This document shows positions 22,075-36,146 of a DNA stretch of 64,000 bases, in pieces. How positions within the stretch are numbered: position 1 is the first letter of the stretch; every line of letters starts with the position of its first letter. The notes beneath the pieces are model-generated. The model made no database searches, was not told where the DNA came from, and saw nothing but the letters and a program-made list of their open reading frames with translations. The stretch is from Callorhinchus milii. Its lineage: Eukaryota. Where the stretch lies: positions 25,050,001 through 25,114,000 of the forward strand of contig NW_024704742.1 in assembly GCF_018977255.1 (NCBI RefSeq). The letters are read 5' to 3'. Made by a program: the position numbers and the translations under genes.

Positions 22075-23280
22075 CTGAAAAACAAGCAATGTTCAGACAT
22101 GAATCTGCTGCGAAGCCATTACAAACTGAGAGAAACTGAGGGAACAGATTGTTCCAATGCATCATAACCCTGTCCATTGCCCATTCTATTGACAATTGGA
22201 GGCTGGTTTTAGAGTCAGCACCCATTTCATCTATCGGCATTATTTAGGTGCGTGTCTGTGTTTCTCAGTCCCTTAAGCACAGCAGCATAAAAATGAAGAA
22301 CTAGAGGCTAGAAATGTTGTGCAATTCTCTAACAACAAAATTATTTGGAAGTAAGTAGAATTTTACAATTTTGTAAAAATATCAATTCAGGAGGCCTTTT
22401 TTGTGGTGGAAACATTTCCACGTTATTCGACTAAATTGAGGTTGAGTGCAGTGTTATTTTCCTATTTAAAATGTTGTCGCATGCTTCCAAAATCGGCCGC
22501 TTTCAACGATGGCATTCTAAACGGGCCATCTTCTGACAAAAATGCAGGGGATCAACACGCTGCAAGTGAAGCAATAGCTTCAGACAGCACGGAAAAGGCA
22601 AGACTGTGCATCGCTGGATTTTTGTCAGAGGTCCACAGAAACAGCCATTCTTCACCTAGCACCTGAAACTGACCAAGAGAGTAAACTGCCTCAACTGGGC
22701 ACCCTGATCATGATTACAGTCTCTTCAACTGCGGCTACAAGCTCCTTCTCAGTATTTGGACTTCAGGGACACTTGGGACGTAACTCTGACCATGTTAAAA
22801 AGGTACAGCGTCTAAAATGTCACCCCTCAGTTGTTCCAGATGAAGACGATAAAACAACAAGAAATGTAAATGGATTCCTTCTAAACGAAAACAATCTCAT
22901 TAGAATTCCTGTCAGTCGAGGAAGAACTTCATTCTGGAGACAGATTGGATCTGAGTGGAGTTTGTGCAGGTTAGAGCGACAGTGAATTCCCCATAAATTG
23001 CTCTGACATTGTATTGCAACTCATGGTATTTATAGTGATTGACTCAATGAACAGGTCCACTCTGCAAACCCAAGCTGACTTTCTGGCCGTTGTGAAGCAT
23101 GCTGATTTGTGTTAATACAGCTTTTCAATTTGTTCGGCTGCCAAAACAAAACTGGATGCCATTTACAGAAGTGCAGGCAAACCTTTAGTATGGCTTCTAC
23201 TGTCATCTTCTTTCCTTTTAAGTGATGGGTTCCCCCATACACAGGGTCATTAAACGTTGATCAAAATGTAACAAACCTAC

Positions 23281-23356
23281 CATCAGATGGCACCAGCGTG
23301 CTGTAGGACGTCACTCCACATTGTCTCAAGTGGAAGAGAGCTCTCAGCCCCTTTGT
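23281..23356 (-). CDS. MCUB: MCUb exon 2 (76 bp), end of the mitochondrial presequence region
   Basis: Acceptor ttttccacag, donor gtaggt. Encodes TKGLRALFHLRQCGVTSYSTLVPSD, ending in the ST.VP.D motif and phase-compatible with exon 3. Confidence 0.88.
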
Positions 23357-25843
23357 CTGTGGAAAATGAGACACAGAATATATTTTAAACTGCTACAGAA
23401 AAATGCTAACTATTTTACACATTGCATTTAAAATGGGCTGTAATTATTTAGTTTTCCCCCAAATTTCCTGGCTCAGCTGGTATCACTCTTGTCTCTGAGT
23501 CAGAAGGCTGTGGATTCAAGCACCATGTTGGGACTTTGAACTCACTCAGTCTAGGCTAAAACTCCAGTGATGTGCTGGGGGAGTGTTGCGTTTTCGGAGG
23601 TACCATCCTTTCGATGAGACGATAAACTGCAGTCCTGGCTGCCTGATAAATATTTCAAGTTGCAATACAAATTTACATTTATACAGCACATTTCATACCA
23701 AGGGGACGTCCTAAGGTGCTTAACAGGCCTGGCTTAGCCCCAGAGGTGGGAGTTGAGTGGGTGGGAAGGGGAAAGATGACCAAAAGCACGACCAAAGAGA
23801 TAGGTCTCGAGACGGACTTGAACGAGGTGAGGGAAATGAATGACTAATTTTATTTGGTGATTGTTGGCCAGGACACCAGAGGAAACTCCCTTCTCTTTTC
23901 GAATAGTGCCATGGGATCTTTAATGTTCAGCTGAACAGGCAGATGGGACGTCGGTTTAACGACAACTTAACAGAAGATCGACACCACCGACAATGCAACA
24001 CATCCCAGCACTGCATTGGAGTGCAGGTCCCAACTTAGGGCTTGAGCCAGGCTGTCGGTAACACTCTCACCTTGACATTACATCAAGCATCAATGAAAAG
24101 TCCTTGGAGGTGAAAAGGTTAGTGAAATTTTCCAGTGTGTGAAGTCAGTGGAATCTGATTCAGTTATCTGCACCACAAAGGCGAGACCCATTTGTCACTG
24201 GCATCCAGCTCATAAACATTGTTTAAATGAAGTAAATCTAAAGTGATCTAACGGAAGGTTTCCAACAAGTGAGTACATATCCCAGGAAAAGAAGCTTATT
24301 TGCATTATCCCATATTGAGGGAAGATAAGATATTGTAAATCAAAGGATTGAAACCTGAACACAATACAAGTTTTAAATTCTATATCCCTGGGTCCATGAT
24401 CAAAGAGGCATTTTGAGATAAGAAAGTATTTTCCCTAAACCCTGCCTTCACGATCAGTCTGAGAAGTGTTGTCTTTCAAAACTTAAGTTGACAAATTGAA
24501 CAAATAATATTTCTCATCCTGAGATCCAACTTCCAATCTAACTTCAGGCAAGGTATGGAAAGAGCTACACTTCCTTTAGAAGAGGAAATAACACAAGCAG
24601 CCTCTTTGTATATGGTTTTGTGATCTTATATTTCATGCCTAATACAAGCAGTGAAATTACTGGCTATTTGGATATTTGATCACAGCTTACACTTATTAAA
24701 CAAAGCCCCAGAATTATTGTCACCTATGTCCTGTGATCTGATCCCTAAAGCAAATTGATTAATGAGCCGGGACAAAGAGTTACACACATCTAATACACCT
24801 CTCAAGACAGAGGACCAGATCCAGTTACACGGACATCATATTTCTGTCTTACTGACACCACCACCACTGTGGTCACCGTTGATGCACCTCTAAAACCACT
24901 GTAATTAACCTTCAATTCACCAGGACACTTCAAATCCATTAAAAATTATTCATATTCCACATCATTAGCAACTGGCAGTGTAAGGGTCAATTTAGGCACT
25001 GCATAACTTGTTATATTTATATTTAGGCTCAATGACTTCTAGCAGTAAATTGGTTCATTCTGTGTTAGTCTTGGATGATTTCCAAGGTGGTTGTGGGCGG
25101 GAGGTTGTTGCTGACAGGATGGTTTCATTTCTGAGGATGACTTTGCTATTGTTTCCAAGGTGGGCGGGTGCAACGTTTATCCTTTTGCTGCTCAGTTACA
25201 GACTCGCTTATAAAACAGGACAAAGTTACGCTTTTTATATCCTGCTCAGCATTTATTTTCTCCTTGTGGACAGATGCTGAGGGCAATTGCTGGATCTCAG
25301 CCAAAACAGACTCCATCAGCAACACAACCCTCGCTGCCTCCCTCCCCCAAAAGAAAACAAACTGCAGAGAAGTGGAGGTTTGAGCTTTATTTATGTATAA
25401 ATATATATATATAAAGATCAGCCCTGATGAGGTTGGCGGCTGTGAGGAATGGGTAAGCTATGAGGAGGTGGTAAACTGAAGATTATGACAGGCATCATTA
25501 GGCTAGATGGAATTATAGAGCGTAGAAATACAAGTTTATTTAAAATCTTTGGTTTTGAAGGATTAGCAGGCAAAGCTGGCGCCTACGCATACAAAATGTC
25601 CACACCACACAGATACCCACCCAATCAGAGAGACAAATACCCACCCACCACACAAGATCAAAAGGGAAACAAGTTAAAAAAAAGATAGCAAGTGGTAATG
25701 GATGCCTGCACACCACAAATTACAGTCACTGCACTTTATAGTGTATCCTGTGAAGCACGCTGGGACTTCCTCCTGACGTGAAAGTCACTATACCAAATGT
25801 AAGTATTATTATTTTTATTAATTTGCCCAGAAAATATACATCT

Positions 25844-26165
25844 GGAGTCCTGTAGCTCAGTGGTTAGAGCACTCGCTTTGCAAGTGAGAGACCTGAGTTC
25901 AATTCCAGGCAGAGGGCGAAACCTTGGGCAAGTTTCCTTACTCTACACAGAGCCTAATAATAATCCCGCCAAAAAACCAAACAATAATAAATTGGTCATT
26001 TTCAATCCATGACTGTTTGTGGGACATTGCTGTGCGCAATTGTCTGCCGCGTTTCGCCCACAAATATACAGTCAATTAACTTTACAGTATATTCTGTGAA
26101 GCGCTTTGGGACATCTAGAAAACGTGAAAAGCGCTATATCAAATGCAAGGATAATTATTATTATT
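25844..26165 (+). mobile_element. tRNA-Ala-derived SINE, short subfamily
   Basis: GGAGTCCTGTAGCTCAGTGGTTAGAGCACTCGCTTTGCAAG.. with A and B boxes and a TGC anticodon loop; (TAT)n tail. Confidence 0.9.
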
Positions 26166-27071
26166 GTTTATATGCTCCTCATATTACAAATGTTAATGGC
26201 ATTCCACTGTGATTCAGAGAGCATACATTTGAAAGGCCCACACTGAACTCAGCTGATGCAACTAAGTGGCTGCAAGGTCATTTTAATTTGACAATTCCCA
26301 CACAGTATATATTGTACACGTTTATTTTAGACTACTTTAAATCCTGTAACGTAAAACTGTGTGTGTGTGGGCGCGGGTTAAAGGCAATTCATTTCAAAAT
26401 CTCTCCTTGTGGACTGAATTAAACCCCAAATATTTCTCAGAAATCAGAATCAACAAAATATTCCTACAGTTTATGGAATTCAGCACATATTCTGGCTATG
26501 CAAGATAATCAATCTGCAGTAAAGACAAGTAACAAATGTTACTTTGGCAATCGGAAAGAAAGTCACAAACTGTGCAAACTGAGATCTGAAAACTGCTCAG
26601 CAGAGTGTGAACGTTCCTGGCACCACTGCAAATACCCTTCCCCCACATCATCACTCTAACCTCATCTCTCAACATCCTGCATCTCTTACCGTATGGACAA
26701 ACCTCCCTTCCCTAATTACAATAATTTATCAAAGGCAGAGGTTTCAGGGACCATGGTTTGGACTTGAGCATCACAGAACCAGGAGTAGGCCATTCAGCCC
26801 ATCGAGCCTGTTCTGCCATTCTATTAGATCCTAGTTGATCTGCACCATTTGAGGCTCGTCATCACCCATGGCCGTCTCTCCTTCCGTTGCCCTCCTGTCA
26901 GCCTTCCTCCCCCACCGCTGCCCAGCCTACTCTGGAGAAAGCAGCAACGGCTCAAACTATCATTTGTTGTAATCTTACATGGCTTTTAGCAGAAAATGAA
27001 CTAGAATTAGACCAATACAGTACAAGTGATTATTTACCTGCCAATTATCTATTATAACAGCGTATATACAC

Positions 27072-27392
27072 TCCTGTAGCTCAGTGGTTAGCGCACTCGC
27101 CTCAGAAGCGAGAGGACCTGGGTTATATTCCCGGGCAGGGCGAAACCGGTTGTTAACTGATTAGCGGATCACTTTTCCGGGGGGTAATAATCCCTTCAGA
27201 AAAATAAATAAAAATAATAATTTGGTCACTCAATCCACGACTGTTTGTGGGACGCTGCTATGCGCCATTGGCTGCCGTGTTTCGCCCACAAAATATACAG
27301 TCACTCCACTTTACAGTATATTCTGTAAAGCGCTTTGAGACATCTCAACCATGGCATAAGGCGCTATATCAAATGCAAGGATTATTATTATT
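27072..27392 (+). mobile_element. tRNA-derived SINE (older variant with internal deletion)
   Basis: Same head and tail architecture as the other copies. Confidence 0.85.
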
Positions 27393-27609
27393 AGATCTGT
27401 TTATCCGCATTGAGCTCTGAACACAGGGCTGTGTTACCAGCAGGAAGAAAATACTGGTTAGGCATATATGCACACTAGCTTACAAAGGACAGGAACCGTG
27501 CTCCTTTGTAACGTCACAGACATGTGTCCAACTTTGCATTATCTTTGTTTCCTCTAGCAAAAATTGTCATATTCACAGTAATCTTATACTGTGTATAGAG
27601 TGAGAAAGA

Positions 27610-27628
27610 CAGATAAATAGATAGATAG

Positions 27629-27665
<37 letters not shown>

Positions 27666-27690
27666 AGAGAAATAAAAAGAGAGAAAAGGA
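27610..27690. repeat. (GATA)n/(GA)n microsatellite
   Basis: agataaatagatagatagaggcagagagagagagag... Confidence 0.9.
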
Positions 27691-28725
27691 CTGGCAGTGA
27701 CTGGAGACGATACCAATTTTTAGTTAGCACTGAATACAATTTGTACTTTATGGAACGTTCGGTGCTTCGAGACGCTACTCTACGTGAGGAGCGCTGTATA
27801 AAAATAAGCTGTTGTTCAGTTATCCACACTGTCCGCTTACCCGCAATAGGACCAGTCCCAATTGAAGCGGATAAATCTTCTCTGAGGCATTTTTTAAACC
27901 CATCACTTGATGAACGAATATAAAGTCTCCTCAATGTCAATTCAGTTATTTGCAGCCTTTCCTGACGTGGTGCTCGGCAGATTAGTGTGCAAGTGAGAAC
28001 CCATCCGAAATTTCATTGATGAAAGCGGTAGTAATTATGAATATGACAGCATAATCCCCCAGAATGTTCTTTTCTGAGGGTTTAGGATAAGGCACAGTAG
28101 TCGTGATTAGACAAACAGCATGTGCTCAGCGCAGCTTGAAATGGACGACAGTCAAAAGAATCAATACCTCTTCACAGCTCATTAAACCTGTACTATTAAC
28201 AAATCCCCACAGGAGCAGCATCTTCCTTGGATGCACAAAAAGTGACGTATAGTAACTGAGGTGGAGGCACAACCTGAATATTTATTAGCAGATTTGCCAG
28301 CCAGCCAGCGCAGCACGTAGCTGTAAGAGTGTTTCTCTCTGTCCATATGGCGACAATCTTCGTGTATTGCAAAGGCAGGTCAACTCCCAAGCCCCTTCTA
28401 TGTTCCAGTGCTGCCTAAAACCTCATTTCACTTTTGCTATTTCATCTTTGCAAGAAGGCGAAAGCCCTACTCTATTATTATTATTATTATTTTATGATTA
28501 CTTAAAAACATTGTCTTTATCTCCAGAGGCCCCCAAATTTTGTCACTTTTAACATTGCATCTTAGCCCCTTACTATGCGTCACTTTTTGTGCATCCAAGG
28601 AAGATCATCTTAACAATGTTAGCAATAGTAGAAAATTCTAAATCCCAACAGAGAGTTTTTTTTTAAACAAAGAACTGTGGAGAACCATCTTCCAAATTAT
28701 GCCGGGTTAGGGTATTTTCCATATA

Positions 28726-29156
28726 CAGGTAAACTCGCATAAGTCGTATCAGTCAGGATCATAACATTTAAAATGACTTAAATGAAGTACAAGTTACAGG
28801 TAAACTCCCATAAGTTACATCGGTGGATTTAATACGATTTATGACTTTTGTGACATGATGACGGGTCAAGATCTCATTTCCTGCGCTCGTTTCAAACACA
28901 GTGCACATGCAAGACTTCATCAATGTAGCTGGTAAGTACTGTGGCGGTGATAAAAGTTAGGAGATGATTTGCATAGGATTTATGATTATTAGGGCCAAGA
29001 AACTCTTATGACTGAGACATTTATCCGACTTGTAAAATATGATTAGTGTAAAGAAATCAAAGTGTTTTTTGGTAGGAAAATGACCGGGACTTGGGTGCAT
29101 GTACGACTTAGGTGATTATACAATTTATAGCGATATGACTTATACAAGTTTAACTG
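28726..29156. mobile_element. Second copy of the TA-flanked MITE, inverted relative to 7847-8336
   Basis: TA|CAGGTAAACTCGCATAAGTC ... GACTTATACAAGTTTAACTG. Internal ggagatgatttgcataggattta is the reverse complement of taaatcctatgcaaatcatctcc near 8008. Confidence 0.8.
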
Positions 29157-29158
29157 CA

Positions 29159-29465
29159 TTAATAACAATAATCCTTGCATTTAATAGAGCGCTTTTCACG
29201 TCTTCCAGACGTCTCAAAGTGCTTCACAGAATGTAGCAAAATGAATTGACTGTATATTTGTGGGTGAAACGCGGCAGCCCCAATTGTATACAGCAGCGTC
29301 CCACAAACAGTCATGGATTGAGTGACCAATTTATTATTGTTTTTTTCTTGAGGGATTATTACCAGGCGTGTGGAGTAAGGAAATTTACCCAAGGTTTTGC
29401 CCTTCCGGGAATGGAACCCAGGTCTCTCGCTTGCGAGGCGAGTGCTCTAACCACTGAGGTACAGA
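29159..29465 (-). mobile_element. tRNA-derived SINE abutting the MITE end
   Basis: Same head and tail architecture as the other copies. Confidence 0.85.
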
Positions 29466-29732
29466 ATAAGACAATGCATTTTGACAATGCTAAGACTATG
29501 TAGAGCTCTCGCTATCCCTTGCGTACCTTTGAATCACACACTATTTGCTGCCATCTGCACCTTGGCTTCTGCCAGTTGCTACTTTTCAACCAGGAACCTA
29601 GATATGGATAAGACTATTGTAGCCATTTAGCTGCTTCCAGGTGCTGTGAACAAGTTCACAAGCCCAGGACACAGGCCTCCTCTACAACTCCCTTATGGGA
29701 AAAGAAAGTATTTTGCAATCAATGCCATGGTT

Positions 29733-30427
29733 AATAATAATAATCCTTATGTTTGATATAGCTCCTGTCACATTGGGAGGATGCCTCAGAGAAGATATAC
29801 TGCAAAGTGTATTTTGTAGATGAATAATGCAGCTAATCTGTGTACAACAATATTCCACAAATAGCCATGAAGTGAATGATCAGTTTTATTTAGGGAATTA
29901 ATCTCCAGGTCTCTGGGGGGAAACTCTCTTCTCTTTGAGTGAGTAGTGCCATGGGATCTTTAACGGCACGCTGAACAGACAGACGGGAATCTTTAGCCTC
30001 TCTCTCACAAGGACGCAGCACACCCTGGCACTGCACTGGGGTGTCAGCCTAAACTATATGAGTTCTAACTCCCAACGTGGGGTTTGAACCCAGAACCTTC
30101 TGATTCAGAAGCAAGAGTGCTACCAACTGGAGTCCTATAGCTCAGTGGTTAGAGCACTGGATTTGATTTCCGGCAGGGCGAAATTTTGGGCAAATTTCCT
30201 TACTCCACACGCCTGATAATAATTTCTCAAGAAAGAAAATTGGTCACTTCAATCCACAACTGTTTGTGGGACACTTCTGTGCGCAATTGGCTGTTACATT
30301 TCACCCACAAATATAGTCAATTCACTTTATAGTATATTCCGTGAAGCGCTTTGAGACGTCTAGAAGATATGAAAAGCACCATATCAAATGCAAGGATTAT
30401 TATTATAATAACTGAGCCAGGCTGACA
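29733..30427. mobile_element. Deu-type SINE (-) with a tRNA-Ala SINE (+, about 30129-30409) nested in its head
   Basis: The host sequence gagtgctaccaactgagccaggctgaca is split by the insertion, with AACT(G) duplicated. Confidence 0.8.
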
Positions 30428-33344
30428 TGTTTATTTATCCGAGTCTTCATCTGAAGATCACCGTCTTAAAATTGAAGGCTGTCCAGATTTTGAAAAATAA
30501 AACTACAAAAGTAAAACATTTTCCAAGTTCTGCATCATCCTGAACTTTAAGACTAAGGACATGATATATTTTAGATCTCAGGAGTTCAGTGAAGGGAAAT
30601 CACACAGCTAATACAATGGGCCAACAACCTCTGCTGCCAAGCACTGTGAAAGAAGAATGCATTGAAATGCAGGCTCTTAACACCCTGATCACAATCGTTG
30701 ACTTGATTTCTTTTCTTTTGTGACTGCTTGCTGAGGTGAATCAGATATTCACTGGTGTGCGTCACTAACACTGAGTGCTTTATAGATGCCAACATGATGG
30801 ATTCGTTTTAAAACTGGGATTGAGACTGAGTAAATTCTAGTGTTTGCTGGTACGCTGTCATTTCTCAAGTTTGACCTAATGAGCGAGGACTGTTATGCAC
30901 ATGAAACATTCTCTGTACACATTTCAGGGCAGCGTGATCTGTACGCCCGCTTGATGGACATTGTCTGAAAACAAAGCTTGTCCTGAGGACATAGTCAGCT
31001 TTGTGTTCCGCAGGAGGATCTTTGAGCTTTTTAAGTTTTATAACAATAATATTCCTTACATTTATATAGCACCTTTCACGACGGGAGGATGTCTCAAAGA
31101 GCGTCACTGGATATAAAGTGCAGTAACTGTTTTGTGTGCAAACTCAGCAGCCACTTTGCATGCAGCAATTTTCAACAAACAGACATGAAGTGAGTGACCA
31201 ATTTTATTCAGGGGATTGTTGACCAGGAACTGGAAGAAATTCTCTTGTCTTTTCAAACAGTGCCATGGGATTTTTTACCATCCACCTGAACGTGCAGACA
31301 GGACCTTGGTTTAATGAGGACGGTGCCTCCAACAATGCAACACACCCTCAGCAATATGCATTAGAACGTCAGGCTAGCAAGGCCGGACGTGGGAAGGTGA
31401 AACCACAAGCCTTCTGACTCAGAGTTGAGAGTGCAACCAAATGAGACAGACTAACATCATTAGGGATAAAATGACTGCCAATTAATGAAAAATAATAACA
31501 GACTAATAAACTGATCTTTTATACACATGGGTTTCATTTGAATTTTTTTCAAAACTTGGTAGAAGTTTCTTTGTCAAAGAGATTGCACTTTGAATTTACA
31601 GCAGCTGATAAGAATCAAGTAACACCCAGGAAAACAACAGTGGCTTTATTCAAATACACCAGTTACAGGAAATATTTGTTCCAGTCTGACACCCTACAGT
31701 GTGCACACATTCTCTTCTCGTGTCATAAAAGGGCCTAACAATTTTAAAATGGATCATTTCCTTTTGCAGAAATGCACAGTATGAATCAAAGGTGTCACTG
31801 TCCTTACACCTATCCTTAAGCTGGTGATTACTCTCAGAATCATTTCGAGAGGTGAATGGGATGTTTCTTGCACCCAGAACCCCACTGCACTGCACACAGT
31901 GCACATTAAGCCAGCTGTTGAGTGCAGGAAGCATTCCACTGGAGTATAGTAATGCTTGTGTTGTATCGGAACTCGCACTACACTATACACAGTACACTAT
32001 GATGGACATAGACTGTGTTGAACTGTCACCAGTCGATCTAAAGTTCCAAGAAACAATACTTTGCCTCTCCATGGCCTTACAATGAAAGATTGTGCAGTGT
32101 TTTGCAAACAAGTTCATTCTTAATTTGGAAGCCAGTTTCTTCAGCGGTGGCAAAGATGCAAGTCTCAACACAGCAGCTTTAGTGCAATAAGCTGTTCTTC
32201 GTGTATTCTATAAACACGGTTTGGATAAATCCCTCCCCACCCCTCTTCGCAACTGACTACTCACAGCTAGATTACCCATCCAGCAATGTGAAGAGCTTTG
32301 AGACGTTCTACCCACGTGAAAGGGGCTACATAAATGTAAATTTGCTCACAAAATACATAGTCAATATACTTTACAGTATATCCTGTGGAAGCGCTTTGAG
32401 AAGTCTCGACAACATGATAAGGTGATATATCAAATACAATGATTATTATTAGAAATGGTATTCGAAACACAAAGGAATATGTGAAGACCTTTCATGTGAA
32501 CACATTTCAACTCAATACTCGTGGGCTGTAGTTTCAGTCATAATGCAAGTGTTTCAGTCACTGTAAACAACAGGATTTTATACCTAATAACATTACATAA
32601 ACTACACAACAGAACAGATTCCAGATGGTCCCAATGTCTAAATAAAACCTCACTTTATACCTCAAGCACGTTGAACATCTCACTCTGTTTCTCATTTCTT
32701 TTTAAAAAAAGCAAGGCTTTCTTTACCCAGTTCCTTTGCATATTAGCACATTGTCCAAAGCGCTTGTCAAGTGCAGCGACTGTGTATTTTGTAGGTGAAT
32801 GCAGCAGTGACTTTGCACAGAGCAATGTCCCACACATAGCCATGAAGTGAATGACTAATCTTATCTTGGGGAAGTCTTGAGGCAGTTTTGAAGGAGGTAG
32901 GGGCAAGTCATAGGGACTGCGCGATGGTTTCAGATTAGAACTGAAGACCTTCCTCTTTGACCATGCCTACGGTTATTTCCCCTCTCCCCAGAGCAGCAAC
33001 AACCTCCACCAATGTTAAGCGTAAATGCAAGTTGTTGCTGTTGTGATGAGGGGTGGATAGGGTAGGTCAGTGAAGCAGGTCAGTGCCCGCTGAGTAGAGA
33101 GAGTGGCTGGGTTGGTAGGGTTTGAGGAGATTGCAGAAGAAGAGTGGGGCGAGACCATGGAAGACCGAAATTACATTTGATGTGAAACAGATGGAATCAA
33201 GATACCATACCAGTTGTGAGATGCACACACACACACATTATATGCACACCAACCAATACATTTTCATTCACACATTTCAATCATTTTTTACTCAGCCTGG
33301 TGTCTGACACGCAGAAGCCCATCATCACGTCATCATGTTAAGAG

Positions 33345-33661
33345 TAATAATAATAATCCTTGCATTTGATATAGCGCTTTTCATGTCAGGAGGACATCCC
33401 AAAGCGCTTCACAGAACACACTGTAAAGTGAATTGACTGTATATTTGTGGGCGAATGCGGCAGCCAATTGCGCACAGCAATGTCCCACAAACAGTCGTAG
33501 ATTGAAAATGACCAATTTATTATTGTTTTGGGTTTTTGGAGGGATTATTATTAGGCGTGTGGAGTAAGGAAACTTGCCCAAGGTTTCGCCCTCTGCCTGG
33601 AATTGAACTCAGGTCTCTCGCTTGCAAAGCGAGTGCTCTAACCACTGAGCTACAGGACTCC
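33345..33661 (-). mobile_element. Young tRNA-Ala SINE, short subfamily
   Basis: Nearly identical to the copies at 36147, 39029, 43222, 46885 and 60650. Confidence 0.9.
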
Positions 33662-36146
33662 ACGAGTCCTTTGGATACTCCACTCCAAGAGTATCCAAAG
33701 ACCACCACTCAGCTCCAAATAGTTCACACAACTTTGGAACAATAGAACAGAAATGCTGATTGAGTACAATTAGCAGCAAAACTGGTCAGCAAAAAGCAGC
33801 CACCAGTTGCGTTGACCTTTCATACTATAAAAATAACCTCCTTGGGTCACTTGCTGTTCATTAACAGCGACTTTATTCACGGCTGTTGAATGTCTTTAAA
33901 ATAACATCTTCTGTTCCAATGGATAAAGCCCCAGAAATTAAATAGTTCAGTGGAGTGACTGAGACCAGGCAGAACCAGACTCTTGCACCTTCCAGTCCTG
34001 ATCAGAGCTGGATTCTTACAAGCTTTTTTGGCTGGAGAATAGTAATCAGCATAGACAGAAGAAAAGGGTTACCAAATAGAGAGACATACACGTCACAATG
34101 ATACGAGGAAGAAACAACTCCCTACATCGATAACCCTTGTTTTCTCTCAAAGTGGAGAGCTTTACAAATTACACAGGGCAAGACATGACCCATTTGTGAT
34201 CATTTAATAAGGGTAAGACCTCTTTACTCCAACATATCTTTTGCACCAGCAGGTTAACTTGATAGTCAGTGACTGGAAAACTTGAGGGTCGCTTTGAATT
34301 CATATAAGCCGTTTGTTCACACGTGCAAATAAGCACCTTTAACCAAAAAACAAGTATATGGGCCACAAAGAATAGTGGCTAATAAATGGTAATATTTATT
34401 AATAAACTATGACTAACTCCCAATAGAACCAGTAAATAATAGTAAAAAGGCTATAAACCACTGTAATTACTGGCACACAATCATTTTCCTGCGGAGTGTT
34501 GCAAAGATTAGTTTTTCTATCCCCAAAACTGCAAATACATTCAGTCATTGCTGTCATATAACCTCCAGCAGACAGATGCTCCATCATTTTAACAGCACAC
34601 AACAAAGCCCTGAGCAACTGCACCAAATGAGAAAAAAAATAGATTTATTTTATATATTCGGACACAGTTTCAGAAACATCTCAGGACTTTATTCCTGCAA
34701 CTTTTTTTTTTGGGGGGCACAGGGACGGGGGTGCAGGGTGGAGTGGATAAGAGGAAACGAGGGATACAAAGATGAGTGCTGATCATCCATCATGTCTTCA
34801 CATGACTGATGGCAGAGTGAAGGCGCTTTGAGATGTCCTTCTGACGTAAATAGATAGAAACTGTACCCTATGTATTGCTGAGCTCTGAATGTCCTGTCTT
34901 TTAACCTGAAGGATATGTACCCGGCTCTTGTGGAGCAAGGTGTGTTTACAGAACGCAGGAAAGACAGTGAGGCCTTTTGTGAGTTAGACAGCTGGCATGA
35001 AGTTTTGGGAAATCTACCTTGCATTACATGGCAATTGGTCTTTTCCCAATATGTGATCAGACCAGTGCCGTTGTTGAGCATTTTTTTGCTGCAAGCTCAT
35101 GGAGACTCTGAACCTTTAGCTGTTGAAAATCGATTTCAACAACTTGCAATTGGCAGAAAATCCCTGATTTGGGCATTTGATCAGGGCAAAATGTTTCAGC
35201 CATTTCTTTAAACCAGTTTCAATTAAGTTATTATAAGACAATTATACGCCTTCCATCACAGGTTTTGAAGTGCAAATTGCATCCGTCTATCATCTGGATA
35301 ATTTAATTCACAGTTATTAAACTGCAACATTGGGAATTGAGGGCAGGCAGTGGGGTAAGCAGGAGAATGTCAAATACAGCAAAAGAAAACCTTACGACAG
35401 CACAAACACTAATGTTAACTGACACTAAATAAGCAGAATTATTCTTGAATTAAAGGAGATCATCAAAACCACATTTAATTTATCAGATATAAAAAGACTT
35501 TTAAAAAGACTTGATTTACAAAACCGTACTACACAGAATACTATATTCATAATAATCTGACGAGTAGGCATGAATTCCATACAACACAAATTTACATTTA
35601 TATAGCACCTTTCATGTGAGGAGAACGTCCTAAGGCATTCCAAAGTACACTACTGTACTCCCATGTCCAGTCAGCATCTTTCCAGTACAGACAACAGTCA
35701 ACAGGTATAATATAAAGGCAAAATGAGTCACAGGCAAGACTCTTAAGGGAATACTGGTAAAACTCAATTTAACTGAGTCATTAACCAACAGCTATCATCT
35801 ATCATCCCATGGCTCAACTTTTAATCCTTCCTCTAATCAACTCTCTTTGAATCACTGTCTCTTCTATCTTAAAAGGTAATACTCAACTTCCCTCCGAGAG
35901 GTTCCTCCAAGAAGTTCAACGACCTTGTCAATGTCAGACAATTATTTCCCGCAGAACGGCTTTCAAATCTCTACAAAATCAAATCTGTAGATTTGCCTAC
36001 AAATATACAGTCAATTCACTTTACAGTATATTCTGTGAAGCGCTTTGAGACTTCTAGAAGATGTGACGAGCGCTGTATCAAATGCAACGATTATTATTAT
36101 TATTATCTGTCCAAGACTTGAATACTGCTCCCAAATCTAGAGAGAT

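Noticed and set aside
25844..25920. tRNA-Ala(TGC)-like sequence
   Set aside because: It is the head of a multi-copy SINE; the acceptor stem is not closed, so it is not a tRNA gene.
33381..33745. Recurrent similar ORFs ([10 protein letters not shown]..., ...[20 protein letters not shown]) at many positions
   Set aside because: These are translations of the same SINE in different frames, not a protein family or a CRISPR-like array; spacing is irregular.
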